NCBI RefSeq assembly: GCF_009914755.1
Contig: NC_060933.1
DNA length: 64,000 nucleotides
Strand: one strand, 5' to 3'
DNA from: the human T2T-CHM13v2.0 reference genome, Homo sapiens
Below the pieces are notes generated by a model that saw only the letters and a list, made by a program, of their open reading frames with translations, was not told the DNA's origin and did no database searches. The translations under genes were made by a program, and so were the position numbers. Shown here piece by piece: positions 43,701 through 58,819 of the stretch; the stretch's first letter is position 1; each line of letters begins with the position of its first letter.

Positions 43701-45290
43701 TGGAACGGAATGGAACGGAATGGAATGGAATGGAATGGAATGGAATGGTATGGAATGGAATGGAATGGTACGGAATAGAATGGAATGGAACGAATTGTAA
43801 TAGAATGGAATTGAATGGAATGGAATGGAATGGAATGGAATCAACGCGAGTGCAGGGGAATGTAATGGAACGGAATGCAATGGAATGGAATCATCCGGAA
43901 TGGAATGGAATGGAATGGAATGGAATGGAATCAACCCGAGTGCAATGCAATGGAGTGGAATGGAATGGAATGGAATGGAACAACCCGAATGGAATGGAAT
44001 GTAATGGAGAGTAAGGGAGTTGAATAGAATCAATCCGAATGTAATGGAATGGAATGCAACGGAATGGAATGGAATGGAATGGAATGGAATGGAATGCAAT
44101 GGAATGGAATGGAATGATACGGAATAGAATGGAATGGAACGAAATGGAATGGAATGGAATGGAATGGAATGGAATGGAATAGAATGGAATCGTTCCGAGT
44201 GGAATAGGAGGGAATGTATTCGAGTGGAATGGAAAGGAATGTAATCAACCAGAGTGGAATGGAAGGGAATGGAATGGAATGGAAACTAATAGAATGGAAT
44301 CAACCCGAGTGGAATGGAATGGAAAGGACTGGAATGGAATGGAATGGAATGGAATCAACTCGATTGTAATGGAATGCAATGGAATGGAATGGAATGGAAT
44401 GGAATTAACCCGAATACAATGGAATGGAATGGAATGGAATGGAACGGAATGGAGTGGAATGGAATGGAATCAACCCGAGTGCAGAGGAATGGAATGGAAT
44501 GGAATGCAATGGAATGGAATCATCCGGAATGGAATGGAATGGAATGGAATGCAAAGCAATGGAATCAACTCGATTGCAATGGAATGGAATGGAATGGAAA
44601 GGAATACATTGGAATCAACCCGAGTGGAATGGAATGGAAAGGACTGGAATGGAGTGGAATGGAATGGAATGGAATGGAATGGAATGGAATGGAATGGAAA
44701 GGAATCAACTTGATTGGAATGGAATGGAATGGAATGGAATGGAATGGAATGGAAAGGAATTAATCCGAATAGAAAGGAATGGAATGGAATGGAAAGGAAC
44801 GGAATGGAATTTAATGGAATGGAATGGAATGGAATGGAATGGAATGGAATGGAATCAACCCGACTGCAGGTGAACGGAATGGAATGGAATACAATGGAAT
44901 GGATTCAACTTGAATGGAATGGAAAGAATGGAAACAACACGAGTGGAATGGCATGGATTGGAATGGAATGGAAGGGAATGGAATGCAATGGAATGGAATC
45001 ATCCGTAATGGAATGGAAAGGAATGGAATGGAATGGAATGGAATGGAATGGAATGGAATGGAATGGAATCAACTCGATTGCAATCGAATGGAATGGAATG
45101 GAATTAACCCGAATAGAATGGAATGGAATGGAATGGAACGGAACGGAACGGAATGGAATGGAATGGAATGGAATGGAATGGAATGGAACGGAGAGGAATG
45201 GAATGGAATGGAATGGAATGGAATGGAATGCAATGGAATCAACGCGAGTACAGGGGAATGGAATGGAATGGAATGCAATGGAATGGAATC
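40800..45290 (+). repeat. Direct duplication of a ~1.1-1.3-kb block at ~3.14-kb offset (approx. 40800-42140 and 43930-45290)
   Basis: Private variants: GGAATGTAATCAACCAGAG at 41101/44236; GGAAAGGAATCAACTTGATT at ~41546/44696; CTGCAGGTGAACGG at 41704/44864; GAAACAACACGAG at 41771/44931. Confidence 0.85.
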
Positions 45291-48200
45291 TTCCGGAATG
45301 GAATGGAATGGAATGGAATGGAATGGAATGGAATGGAGTAAACCCGAGTGCAATGGAATGGAGTGGAATGGAATGGAATGGAATGGAACAACCCGAATGG
45401 AATGTAATGTAATGGAGACTAAGGGAGTTGAATAGAATCAATCCGAATGTAATCGAATGGAATGGAACGGAATGGAATTGAATGGAATGGAATGGAATGG
45501 AATGCAATGGTATGGAATCAACCCGAGTGCAATGGAATGGAGAGGAATGGAATGTAATGCAATGGAAACTACCCGAATGGAATGGAATGTAATGGAGTGT
45601 AAGGGAATTGAATAGAATCAATCCGAATGTAATGGAATGGAATGGAACGGAATGGAGTGGAATGGAATGGAATGGAATGGAATGCAATGGAATGGAATCA
45701 ACCCGAGTGCAATCAAATGGAATCGAATGGAATGGAATGCAATGGAATGGATTCAACTTGAATGGAATGGAAAGAATGGAATCAACACGAGTGGAATGGC
45801 ATGGATTGGAATTGAATGGAATGGAATCAACCCGAGTACAGGGGAATGGAATGGAATGGAATGCAATGGAATGGAATCATCCGTAATGGAATGGAAAGGA
45901 ATGGAATGGAATGGAATGGAATGGAATGGAATGGAATGGAATCAACTCGATTGCAATCGAATGGAATGGAATGGAATTAACCCGAATAGAATGGAATGGA
46001 ATGGAATGGAACAGAACGGAATGGAATGGAATGGAATAGAATGGAATGGAACGGGACGGAAAGGAACGGAATGGAATGGAATGGAATGGAATGGAATGGA
46101 ATGGAATGGAATCAACGCGAGTGCAGGGGAATGGAATGGAATGGAATGCAATGGAATGGAATCTTCCGGAATGGAATGGAATGGAATGGAATGGAATGGA
46201 ATGAAATGCAATGGATTCAACTCGATTGCAATGGAATGGAATAGAATGGAATGGAATGGAATGGAATAGAATTAACCCGAATAGAATGGAATGGAATGGA
46301 ATGGAACGGAATGGAATGGAACGGAATGCAATGGAATAGAAACATCCGGAATGGAATGGAATGGAATGGAATGGAATGGAATCAACCCGAGTGCAATGGA
46401 ATGGAGTAGAACGGAATGGAATGGAATGGAACAACCCGAATGGAATGGAATGTAATGGAGAGTAAGGGAGTTGAATAGAATCAATCCAAATGTAATGGAA
46501 TGGAATGCAACGGAATGGAATGGAATGAAATGGAATGGAATGCAATGGAATGGAATCAACCCGAGTACAAAGGAATGGAATGGAATGGAATGGAATGGAA
46601 TGGAATGGAATGGAATGATACCGAATAGAATGGAATGGAACGAAATGGAATGGAATGGAATGGAATGGAATGGAATGGAATGGAATGGAATGGAATGGAA
46701 TGGAATCGTTCCGAGTGGAATAGGAGGGAATGTATTCGAGTGGAATGGAAAGGAATGGAATCAACCAGAGTGGAATGGAAGGGAATGGAATGGAATGGAA
46801 ACTAATAGAATGGAATCAACCCGAGTGGAATGGAATGGAAAGGACTGGAATGGAATGGAATGGAATGGAATCAACACGATTGTAATGGAATGGAACGGAA
46901 TGGAATGGAATGGAATGGAATTAACCCGAATACATTGGAATGGAATGGAATGGAATGGAACGGAATGGAGTGGAATGGAATGGAATCAACCCGAGTGCAG
47001 GGGAATGGAATGGAATGGAATGCACAGCAACGGAATCAACTCGATTGCAATGGAATGGAATGGAATGGAAAGGAATACATTGGAATCAACCCGAGTGGAA
47101 TGGAATGGAAAGGACTGGAATGGAGTGGAATGGAATGGAATGGAATGGAATGGAATGGAATGGAATTAACCCGAATAGAAAGGAATGGAATGGAATGGAA
47201 CGGAACGGAGTGGAATGGAATGGAATGCAATGGAATGGAATGGAATGGAATGGAATCAACCCGACTGCAGGGGAATGGAATGGAACGGAATGCAATGGAA
47301 TGGATTCAACTTGAATGGAATGGAAAGAATGGAATCAACACGAGTGGAATGGCATGGATTGGAATGGAATGGAATGGAATCAACCCGAGTACAGGGGAAT
47401 GGAATGGAATGGAATGCAATGGAATGGAATCATCCGTAATGGAATGGAAAGGAATGGAATGGAATGGAATGGAATGGAATGGAATCAACTCGATTGCAAT
47501 CGAATGGAATGGAATGGAATTAACCCGAATAGAATGGAATGGAATGGAATGGAACGGAACGGAATGGAAAGGAATGGAATGGAATGGAATGGAACGGAAC
47601 GGAATGGAATGGAATGGAATGGAATCAACACGGGTGCAGGGGAATGGAATGGAATGGAATGCAATGGAATGGAATCTTCCGGAATGGAATGGAATGGAAT
47701 GGAATGGAATGAAATGCAATGGATTCAACTCGATTGCAATGGAATGGAATAGAATGGAATGGAATGGAATGGAATGGAATTAACCCGAATAGAATGGAAT
47801 GGAATGGAATGGAACGGAATGGAACGGAATGGAATGGAATGGAATGGAATGGAATGGAATCAACGCGAGTGCAGGGGAATGTAATGTAATGGAATGTAAT
47901 GGAATGGAATCTTCCGGAATGGAATGGAATGGAATGGAATCAACCCGAGTGCAATGGAATGGAGTGGAATGGAATGGAATGGAATGGAACAATCCGAATG
48001 GAATCGAATGTAATGGAGAGTAAGGGAGTTGAATAGAATCAATCCGAATATAATGGAATGGAATGGAACGGAATGGAATTGAATGGAATGGAATAGAATG
48101 CAATGGAATGGAATCAACCCGAGTGTAATGGAAGGGAGAGGAATGGAATGGAATGGAGTGGAAACTACCCGAATGGAATGGAATGGAATGCAGTGTAAGG

Positions 48201-50879
48201 GAATTGAATAGAATCAATCCGAATGTAATGGAATGGAATGGAACGGAATGGAATGGAATGCAATGGAATGGAATGGAATGGAATCAACCCGAGTGCAATG
48301 GAATGGAGTGGAATGGAATGGAATGGAATGGAGCAACCCGAATGGAATGGAATGTAACGGAGAGTAAGGGAGTTGAATAGAATCAATCCGAATGTAATGG
48401 AATGGAATGCAACGGAATGGAATGGAATGGAATGGAATGGAATGCAATGGAATGGAATCAACCCGAGTACAATGGAATGGAATGGAATGGAATGGAATGG
48501 AATGGAATGATACGGAATAGAATGGAATGGAACGAAATGGAATGGAATGGAATGGAATGGAATGGAATGGAATGGAATGGAATGGAATGGGTTCGTTCCG
48601 AGTGGAATAGGAGGGAATGTATTCGAGTGGAATGGAAAGGAATGGAATCAACCAGAGTGGAATGGAAGGGAATGGAATGGAATGGAAACTGTTAGAATGG
48701 AATCAACCCGAGTGGAATGGAATGGAAAGGACTGGAATGGAATGGAATGGAATGGAATCAACTCGATTGTAATGGAATGGAATGGAATGGAATGGAATGG
48801 AATGGAATTAACCCGAATACAATGGAATGGAATGGAATGGAACGGAATGGAGTGGAATGGAATGGAATCAACCCGAGTACAGGGGAATGGAATGGAATGG
48901 AATGCAATGGAATGGAATCATCCGGAATGGAATGGAATGGAATGGAATGGAATGGAATGGAATCAACTTGATTGGAATGGAATGGAATGGAATGGAATGG
49001 AATTAACCCGAATAGAAACGAATGGAATGGAATGGAACGGAACGGAACGGAATGGAATGTAATGGAATGGAATGGAATGGAATGGAATGGAATCAACCCG
49101 ACTGCAGGGGAATGGAATGGAATGGAATGCAATGGAATGGATTCAACTTGAATGGAATGGAAAGAATGGAATCAACACCAGTGGAATGTCATGGATTGGA
49201 ATGGAATGGAATGGAATCAACCCGAGTACAGGGGAATGGAATGGAATGGAATGCAATGGAATGGAATCATCCGTAATGGAATGGAATGGAATGGAATGGA
49301 ATGGAATGGAATGGAATGGAATGGAATGGAATCAACTCGATGGCAATCGAATGGAATGGAATGGAATTAACCCGAATAGAATGGAATGGAATGGAATGGA
49401 ACGGAACGGAAAGGAATGGAATGGAATGGAATGGAATGGAATGGAATGGAATGGAACGGAAAGGAATGGAATGGAATGGAATGGAATGGAATGGAATGGA
49501 ATGGAATGGAATCAACGCGAGTGCAGGGGAATGGAATGGAATGGAATGCAATGGAATGGCATCTTCCGGAATGGAATGGAATGGAATGGAATGGAATGGA
49601 ATGGAATGGAATAAACCCGAGTGCAATGGAATGGAGTGGAATGGAATGGAATGGAATGGAACAACCCGAATGGAATGGAATGTAATGGAGAGTAAGGGAG
49701 TTGAATAGAATCAATCCGAATGTAATGGAATGGAGTGGAACGGAATGGAATTGAATGGAATGGAATGGAATGCAATGGAATGGAATCAACTCGAGTGCAA
49801 TGGAATGGAGAGGAATGGAATGGAATGGAATGGAAACTACCTGAATGGAATGGAATGTAATGGAGTGTAAGGGAATTGAATAGAATCAATCCGAATGTAA
49901 TGGAATGGAATGGAACGGAATGGAATGGAATGGAATGCAATGGAATGAAATCAACCCGAGTGCAATCGAATGGAATCGAATGGAATGGAATGCAATGGAA
50001 TGGATTCAACTTGAATGGAATGGAAAGAATGGAATCAACAAGAGTGGAAGGGCATGGATTGGAATGCAATGGAATGGAATCAACCCGAGTACAGGGGAAT
50101 AGAATGGAATGGAATGCAATGGAATGGAATCATCCGTAATGGAATGGTATGGAATGGAATGGAATGGAATGGAATGGAATGGAATGGAATGGAATCAACA
50201 CGATTGCAATCGAATGGAATGGAATGGAATTAACCTGAATAGAATGGAATGGAATGGAATGGAACGGAACGGAACGGAGTGGAATGGAAAGGATTGGAAT
50301 TGTATGGAATGGAATGGCATGGTACGGAATACAATGGAATGGAAAGAATTGGAATGGAATGGAATCGAATGGAATGGAATGGAATGGAATGGAATCAACC
50401 CGAGTGCAGGGGAATGTGATGGAACGGAATGCAATGGAATGGAATCATCCGGAATGGAATGGAATGGAATGGAATGGAATGGAATGGAATAAACCCGAGT
50501 GCAATGGAATGGAGTGGAATGGAATGGAATGGAATGGAACAACCAGAATGGAATGGAATGTAATGGAGAGTAAGGGAGTTGAATAGAATCAATCCTAATG
50601 TAATGCAATGGAACGGAATGGGATGGAATGGAATGGAATGGAATGGAACGGAATGGAATGGAATGGAATGGAATGGAATCAACCCGAGTGCAATCGAATG
50701 GAATCGAATGGAATGGAATGCAATGGAATGGATTCAACTTGAATGGAATGGAAAGAATGGAATCAACACGAGTGGAATGGCATGGATTGGAATGGAATGG
50801 AATGGAATCAACCCGAGTACAGGGGAATGGAATGGAATGGAATGCAATGGAATGGAATCATCCGTAATGGAATGGAAAG

Positions 50880-53800
50880 GAATGGAATGGAATGGAATGG
50901 AATGGAGTGGAATCAACTCGATTGCAATCGAATGGAATGGAATGGAATTAACCCGAATAGAATGGAATGGAATGGAATGGAACGGAACGGAATGGAATGG
51001 AATGGAATGGAATGGAATGCAATGGAACGGAACGGAATGGCATGGATTGGAATGGAATGGAATGGAATCAACCCGAGTACAGGGGAATGGAATGGAATGG
51101 AATGCAATGGAATGGAATCATCCGTAATGGAATGGAAAGGAATGGAATGGAATGGAATGGAATGGATTCAACTCGATTGCAATGGAATGGAATAGAATGG
51201 AATGGAATGGAATGGAATGGAATTAATCCGAATAGAATGGAATGGAATGGAATGGAACGGAATGGAATGGAATGGAATGGAATGGAATGGTATGGAATGG
51301 AATGGAATGGTACGGAATAGAATGGAATGGAACGAATTGTAATGGAATGGGATTGAATGGAATGGAATGGAATGGAATGGAATCAACGCGAGTGCAGGGG
51401 AATGTAATGGAACGGAATGCAATGGAATGGAATCATCCGGAATGGAATGGAATGGAATGGAATGGAATGGAATCAACCCGAGTGCAATGGAATGGCGTGG
51501 AATGGAATTGGACAGAATGGAACAACCCGAATGGAATGGAATGGAGACTAAGGGAGTTGAATAGAATCAATCCGAATGTAATGGAATGAAATGCAACGGA
51601 ATGGAATGGAATGGAATGGAATGGAATGCAATGGAATTGAATCAACCCGAGTACAATGGAATGGAATGGAATGGAATGGAATGGAATGGAATGGAATGGA
51701 ATGATACGGAATAGAATGGAATGGAACGAAATGGAATGGAAAGGAATGGAATGGAATGGAATGGAATGGAATGGAATGGAATAGAATCGTTCCGAGTGGA
51801 ATAGGAGGGAATGTATTCGAGTGGAATGGAAAGGAATGGAATCAACCAGAGTGGAATGGAAGGGAATGGAATGGAATAGAAATTAATAGAATGGAATCAA
51901 CCCGAGTGGAATGGAATGGAAAGGACTGGAATGGAATGGAATGGAATGGGATCAACTCGATTGTAATGGAATGGAATGGAATGGAATGGAATGGAATGGA
52001 ATGGAATTAACCCGAATACAATGCAATGCAATGGAATGGAAAGGAATGGAGTGGAATGGAATGGAATCAACCCGAGTGCAGGGCAATGGAATGGAATGGA
52101 ATGCAATGGAATGGAATCATGCGGAATGGAATGGAATGGAATGGAATGCAAAGCAATGGAATCAACTCGATTGCCATGGAATGGAATGGAATGGAAAGGA
52201 ATACATTGGAATCAACCCGAGTGGAATGGAATGGAAAGGACTGGAATGGAGTGGAATGGAATGGAATGGAATGGAACGGAATCAACTCGATTGGAATGCA
52301 ATGGAATGGAATGGAATGGAATGGAATGGAATTAACCCGAATAGAATGGAATGGAATGGAATGGAACGGAACGGAATGGAGTGGAATGGAATGGAATGGA
52401 ATGGAAACAACCCGACTGCAGGGGAATGGAATGGAATGGAAGGCAATGGAATGGATTCAACTTGAATGGAATGGAAGGAATGGAATCAACACGAGTGGAA
52501 TGGCATGGATTGGAATGGAATGGAATGGAATCAACCCGAGTACAGGGGAATGGAATGGAATGGAATGCAATGGAATGGAATCATCCGTAATGGAATGGAA
52601 AGGAATGGAATGGAATGGAATGGAATGGAATCAACTCGAATGCAATCGAATGGAATGGAATGGAATTAACCCGAATACATCGGAATGGAATGGAATGGAA
52701 CGGAACGGAATGGAATGGAATGGAATGGAATGGAATGGAACGGAAAGGAATGGAATGGAATGGAATGGAATGGAATGGAATGGAATGGAATGGAATCAAC
52801 GCGAGTGCAGGGGAATGGAATGGAATGGAATGCAATGGAATGGAATCTTCCGCAATGGAACGGAATGGAATGGAATGGAATGGAATGGAATGGAATGGAA
52901 TGGAATGGAATAAACCCCAGTGCAATGGAATGGAGTGGAATGGAATGGAATGGAATGGAACAACCCGAATGGAATGGAATGTAATGGAGAGTAAGGGAGT
53001 TGAATAGAATCAATCCGAATGTAATGGAATGGAATGGAACGGAATGGAATTGAATGGAATGGAATGGAATACAATGGAATGGAATCAACCCGAGTTCAAT
53101 GGAATGGAGAGGAATGGAATGGAATGGAATGGAAACTACCCGAATGGAATGGAATGTAATGGAGTGTAAGGGAATTGAATAGAATCAATCCGAATGTAAT
53201 GGAATGGAATGGAACGGAATGGAATGGAATGGAATGGAATGGAATGGAATGGAACTGAATGGAATGGAATGGAATGCAATGGATTGGAATGGAATGGAAT
53301 ACAATGGAATGGAATCAACCCGAGTGCAATCGAATGGAATCGAATGGAAAAGAATGCAATGGAATGGATTCAACTTGAATGGAATGGAAAGAATGGAATC
53401 AACACGAGTGGAATGGCATGGATTGGAATGGAATGGAATGGAATCAACCCGAGTACAAGAGAATGGAATGGAATGGAATGCAATGGAATGGAATTATCCG
53501 TAATGGAATGGAAAGCAGTGGAATGGAATGGAATGGAATGGAATGGAATGGAATGGAATGGAATGGAATCAACTCGATTGCAATCGAATGGAATGGAATG
53601 GAATTAACCCGAATAGAATGGAATGGAATGGAATGGAATGGAACGGAATGGAATGGAATGGAATGGAATGGAATGGAACGGAAAGGAAGGGAATGGAATG
53701 GAATAGAATGGAATGGAATGGAATCAACGCGAGTGCAGGGGAATGGAATGGAATGGAATGCAATGGAATGGAATATTCCGGAATGGAATGTAATGGAATG

Positions 53801-56800
53801 GAATGGAATGGAATGGAATCAAACCGAGTGCAATCGAATGGAATCGAATGGAAAAGAATGCAATGGAATGGATTCAACTTGAATGGAATGGAAAGAATGG
53901 AATCAACCCGAGTGCAATCGAATGGAATCGAATGGAATGGAACGCAATGGAATCGATTCAACTTGAATGGAATGGAAAGAATGGAATCAACACGAGTGGA
54001 ATGGCATGGATTGGAATGGAATGGAATGGAATCAACCCGAGTACAGGGGAATGGAATGGAATGGAATGCAATGGAATGGAATCATCCGTAATGGAATGGA
54101 AAGGAATGGAATGGAATGGAATGGAATGGAATGGAATGGAATGGAATCAACTCGATTGCAATCGAATGGAATGGAATGGAATTAACCCGAATAGAATGGA
54201 ATGGAATGGAATGGAACAGAACGGAATGGAATGGAATGTAATGGAATGGAATGGAATGGAATGGAACGGAACGGAACGGAATGGAATGGAATGGAATGGA
54301 CTGGAATCAACGCGAGTGCAGGTAATGGAATGGAATGGAATGCAATGGAATGGAATCTTCCGGAATGGAATGGAATGGAATGGAATGGAATCAACCCGAG
54401 TGCAATGGAATGGAGTGGAATGGAATGGAATGGAATGGAACAACCCGAATGGAATGGAATGTAATGGAGAGTAAGGGATTTGAATAGAATCAATCCGAAT
54501 GTAATGGAATGGAATGGAACGGAATGGAATTGAATGGAATGGAATGGAATGCAATGGAATGGAATCAACCCGAGTGCAATGGAATGGACTGGAATGGAAT
54601 GGAATGGAATGGAAACTACCCGAATGGAATGGAATGTAATGGAGTGTAAGGGAATTGAATAGAATCAATCCGAATGTAATGGAATGGAATGGAACGGAAT
54701 GGAATGGAATGGAATGGAATGGAATGGAATGCAATGGAATGGAATCAACCCGAGTGCAATCGAATGGAATCGAATGGAATGGAATAAAATGGAATGGATT
54801 CAACTTGAATGGAATGGAAAGAATAGAATCAACACGAGTGGAATGGCATGGATTGGAATGGAATGGAATGGAATCAACCCGAGTACAGGGGAATGGAATG
54901 GAATGGAATGCAATGGAATGGAATCATCCGTAATGGAATGGAAAGGAATGGAATGGAATGGAATGGAATGGAATGGAATTGAATGGAATGGAATGGAATG
55001 GAATCAACTCGATTGCAATCGAATGGAATGGAATGGAATTAACCCGAATAGAATGGAATGGAATGGAATGGAACGGAACGGAATGGAATGGAATGGAATG
55101 GAATGGAACGGAACGGTACGGAATGGAATGGAATGGAATGGAATCAACGCGAGTGCAGGGGAATGGAATGGAATGGAATGCAATGGAATGGAATCTTCCG
55201 GAATGGAATGGAATGGAATGGAATGGAATCAACTCGATTGCAATCGAATGGAATGGAATGGAATTAACCCGAATAGAATGGAATGGAATGGAATGGAACG
55301 GAACGGAACGGAATGGAATGGAATGGAATGGAATGGCATGGAACGGAACGGAATGGCATGGATTGGAATGGAATGGAATGGAATCAACCCGAGTACAGGG
55401 GAATGGAATGGAATGGAATGCAATGGAATGGAATCATCCGTAATGGAATGGAAAGGAATGGAATGGAATGGAATGGAATGGATTCAACTCGATTGCAATG
55501 GAATGGAATAGAATGGAATGGAATGGAATGGAATGGAATTAATCCGAATAGAATGGAATGGAATGGAATGGAACGGAATGGAACGGAATGGAATGGAATG
55601 GAATGGAATGGAATGCTATGGAATGGAATGGAATGGTACGGAATAGAATGGAATGGAACGAATTGTAATGGAATGGAATTGAATGGAATAGAATGGAATG
55701 GAATGGAATCAACGCGAGTGCAGGGGAATGTAATGGAACGGAATGCAATGGAATGGAATCATCCGGAATGGAATGGAATGGAATGGAATGGAATGGAATG
55801 GAATGGAATCAACCCGAGTGCAATGGAATGGAGTGGAATGGAATGGAATGGAATGGAACAACCCGAATGGAATGGAATGGAATGGAGAGTAAGGGAGTTG
55901 AATAAAATCAATCCGAATGTAATGGAATGGAATGCAACGGAATGGAATGGAATGGAATGGAATGCAATGTAATTGAATCAACCCGAGTACAATAGAATGG
56001 AATGGAATGGAATGGAATGAAATGGAATGGAATGGAATGGAATGATACGGAATAGAATGGAATGGAACGAAATGGAATGGAATGGAATGGAATGAAATGG
56101 AATGGAATGGAATCGTTCCGAGTGGAATAGGAGGGAATGTATTGGAGTGGAATGGAAAGGAATGGAATCAACCAGAGTGGAATGGAAGGGAATGGAATGG
56201 AATGGAAACTAATAGAATGGAATCAACCCGAGAGGAATGGAATGGAAAGGACTGGAATGGAATGGAATGGAATGGAATCAACTCGATTGTAATGGAATGG
56301 AATGGAATGGAATGGAATGGAATGGAATGGAATGGAATTAACCCGAATACAATGCAATGGAATGCAATGGAACGGAATGGAGTGGAATGGAATGGAATCA
56401 ACCCGAGTGCAGGAGAATGGAATGGAATGGAATGCAATGGAATGGAATCATCCGGAATGGAATGGAATTTAATCGAATGCAAAGCAATGGAATCAACTCG
56501 ATTGCAATGGAATGGAATGGAATGGAAAGGAATACATTGGAATCAACCCGATTGGAATGGAATGGAAAGGACTGGAATGGAGTGGAATGGAATGGAATGG
56601 AATGGAATGGAATCAACTCGATTGGAATGGAATGGAATGGAATGGAATGGAATGGAATGGAATGGAATGGAATTAACCCGAATAGAATGGAATGGAATGG
56701 AATGCAACGGAACGGAATGGAATGGAATGGAATGGAATGGAATGGAATGCAGACAACCTGACTGCAGGGGAATGGAATGGAATGGAATGCAATGGAATGG

Positions 56801-57050
56801 ATTCAACTTGAATGGAATGGAAAGAATGGAATCAACACGAGTGGAATGGCATGGATTGGAATGGAATGGAATGGAATCAACCCAAGTACAGGGGAATGGA
56901 ATGGAATGGAATGCAATGGAATGGAATCATCCGTAATGGAATGGAAAGGAATGGAATGGAATGGAATGGAATGGAATGGAATGGAATGGAATCAACTCGA
57001 TTGCAATCGAATGGAATGGAATGGAATTAACCCGAATAGAATGGAATGGA
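50880..57050 (+). repeat. Direct duplication of a ~1.8-kb block at ~4.3-kb offset (approx. 50880-52700 and 55200-57050)
   Basis: Shared unusual junctions: GAACGGAACGGAATGGCATGGATTGG at ~51025/55341; CATCCGTA followed directly by GGATTCAACTCG at ~51164/55480; AATTGAATCAACCCGAGTACAA at ~51635/55971; ACAACC(C/T)GACTGCAG at ~52407/56753. Confidence 0.8.
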
Positions 57051-58819
57051 ATGGAATGGAATGGAACGGAACGGCATGGAATGGAATGGAATGGAATGGA
57101 ACGGAAAGGAAGGGAATGGAATGGAATAGAATGGAATGGAATGGAATCAACGCGAGTGCAGGGGAATGGAATGGAATGGAATGCAATGGAATGGAATCTT
57201 CCGGAATGGAATGGAATGGAATGGAATGGAATGGAATCAACCCGAGTGCAATGGAATGGAGTGGAATGGAATGGAATGGAATGGAACAACCCGAATGGAA
57301 TGGAATGTAATGGAGAGTAAGGGAGTTGAATAGAATCAATCCGAATGTAATGGAATGGAATGGAACGGAATGGAATTGAATGGAATGGAATGGAATGCAA
57401 TGGAATGGAATCAACCCGAGTGCAATGGAATGGAGAGGAATGGAATGGAATGGAATGGAAACTACCCGAATGGCATGGAATGTAATGGAGTGTAAGGGAA
57501 TTGAATAGAATCAAACCGAATGTAATGGAATGGAATGGAACGGAATGGAATGGAATGGAATGGAATGGAATGGAATGGAATGCAATGGAATGGAATCAAC
57601 CCGAGTGCAATCGAATGGATTCGAATGGAATGGAATGCAATGGAATGGATTCAACTTGAATGGAATGGAAAGAATGGAATCAACACGAGTGGAATGGCAT
57701 GGATTGGAATGGAATGGAATGGAATCAACCCGAGTACAGGGGAATGGAATGGAATGGAATGCAATGAAATGGAATCATCCGTAATGGAATGGAAAGGAAT
57801 GGAATGGAATGGAATGGAATGGAATGGAATGGAATGGAATCAACTCGATTGCAATCGAATGGAATGGAATGGAATTAACCTGAATAGAATGGAATGGAAT
57901 GGAATGGAACGGAACGGAATGGAATGGAATGGAATGGAATGGAACGGAACGGAACGGAATGGAATGGAATGGAATGGAATGCAATGGAATCAACGCGAGT
58001 GCAGGGGAATGGAATGGAATGGAATGCAATGGAATGGAATATTCCGGAATGGAATGGAATGGAATGGAATGGAATGGAATGGAATCAACTCGATTGCAAT
58101 CGAATGGAATGGAATGGAATTAACCCGAATAGAATGGAATGGAATGGAATGGAACGGAACGTAATGGAATGGAATGGAATTGAATGGAATGGAACGGAAC
58201 GGAATAGAATGGAATGGAATGGAATCAACGCGAGTGCAGGGGAATGGAATGGAATGGAATGCAATGGAATGGAATCTTCCGGAATGGAATGGAATGGAAT
58301 GGAATGGAATGAAATGCAATGGGTTCAACACGATTGCAATGGAATGGAATAGAATGGAATGGAATGGAATGGAATGGAGATAATTCGAATAGAATGGAAT
58401 GGAATGGAATGGAACGGAATGGAACGGAATGGAATGGAATGGAATGGAATGGTATGGAATGGAATGGAATGGTACGGAATAGAATGGAATGGAATGATAC
58501 GGAATAGAATGGAATGGAACGAAATGGAATGGAATGGAATGGAATGGAATAGTTCCGAGTGGAATAGGAGGGAATGTATTCGAGTGGAATGGAAAGGAAT
58601 GGAATCAACCAGAGTTGAATGGAAGGGAATGGATTGGAATGGAAACTAATAGAATGGAATCAACCCGAGAGGAATGGAATGGAAAGGACTGGAATGGAAT
58701 GGAATGGAATGGAATCAACTCGATTGTAATGGAATGGAATGGAATGGAATGGAATTGAATGGAATTAACCCGAATACAATGCAATGGAATGGAATGGAAC
58801 GGAATGGAGTGGAATGGAA

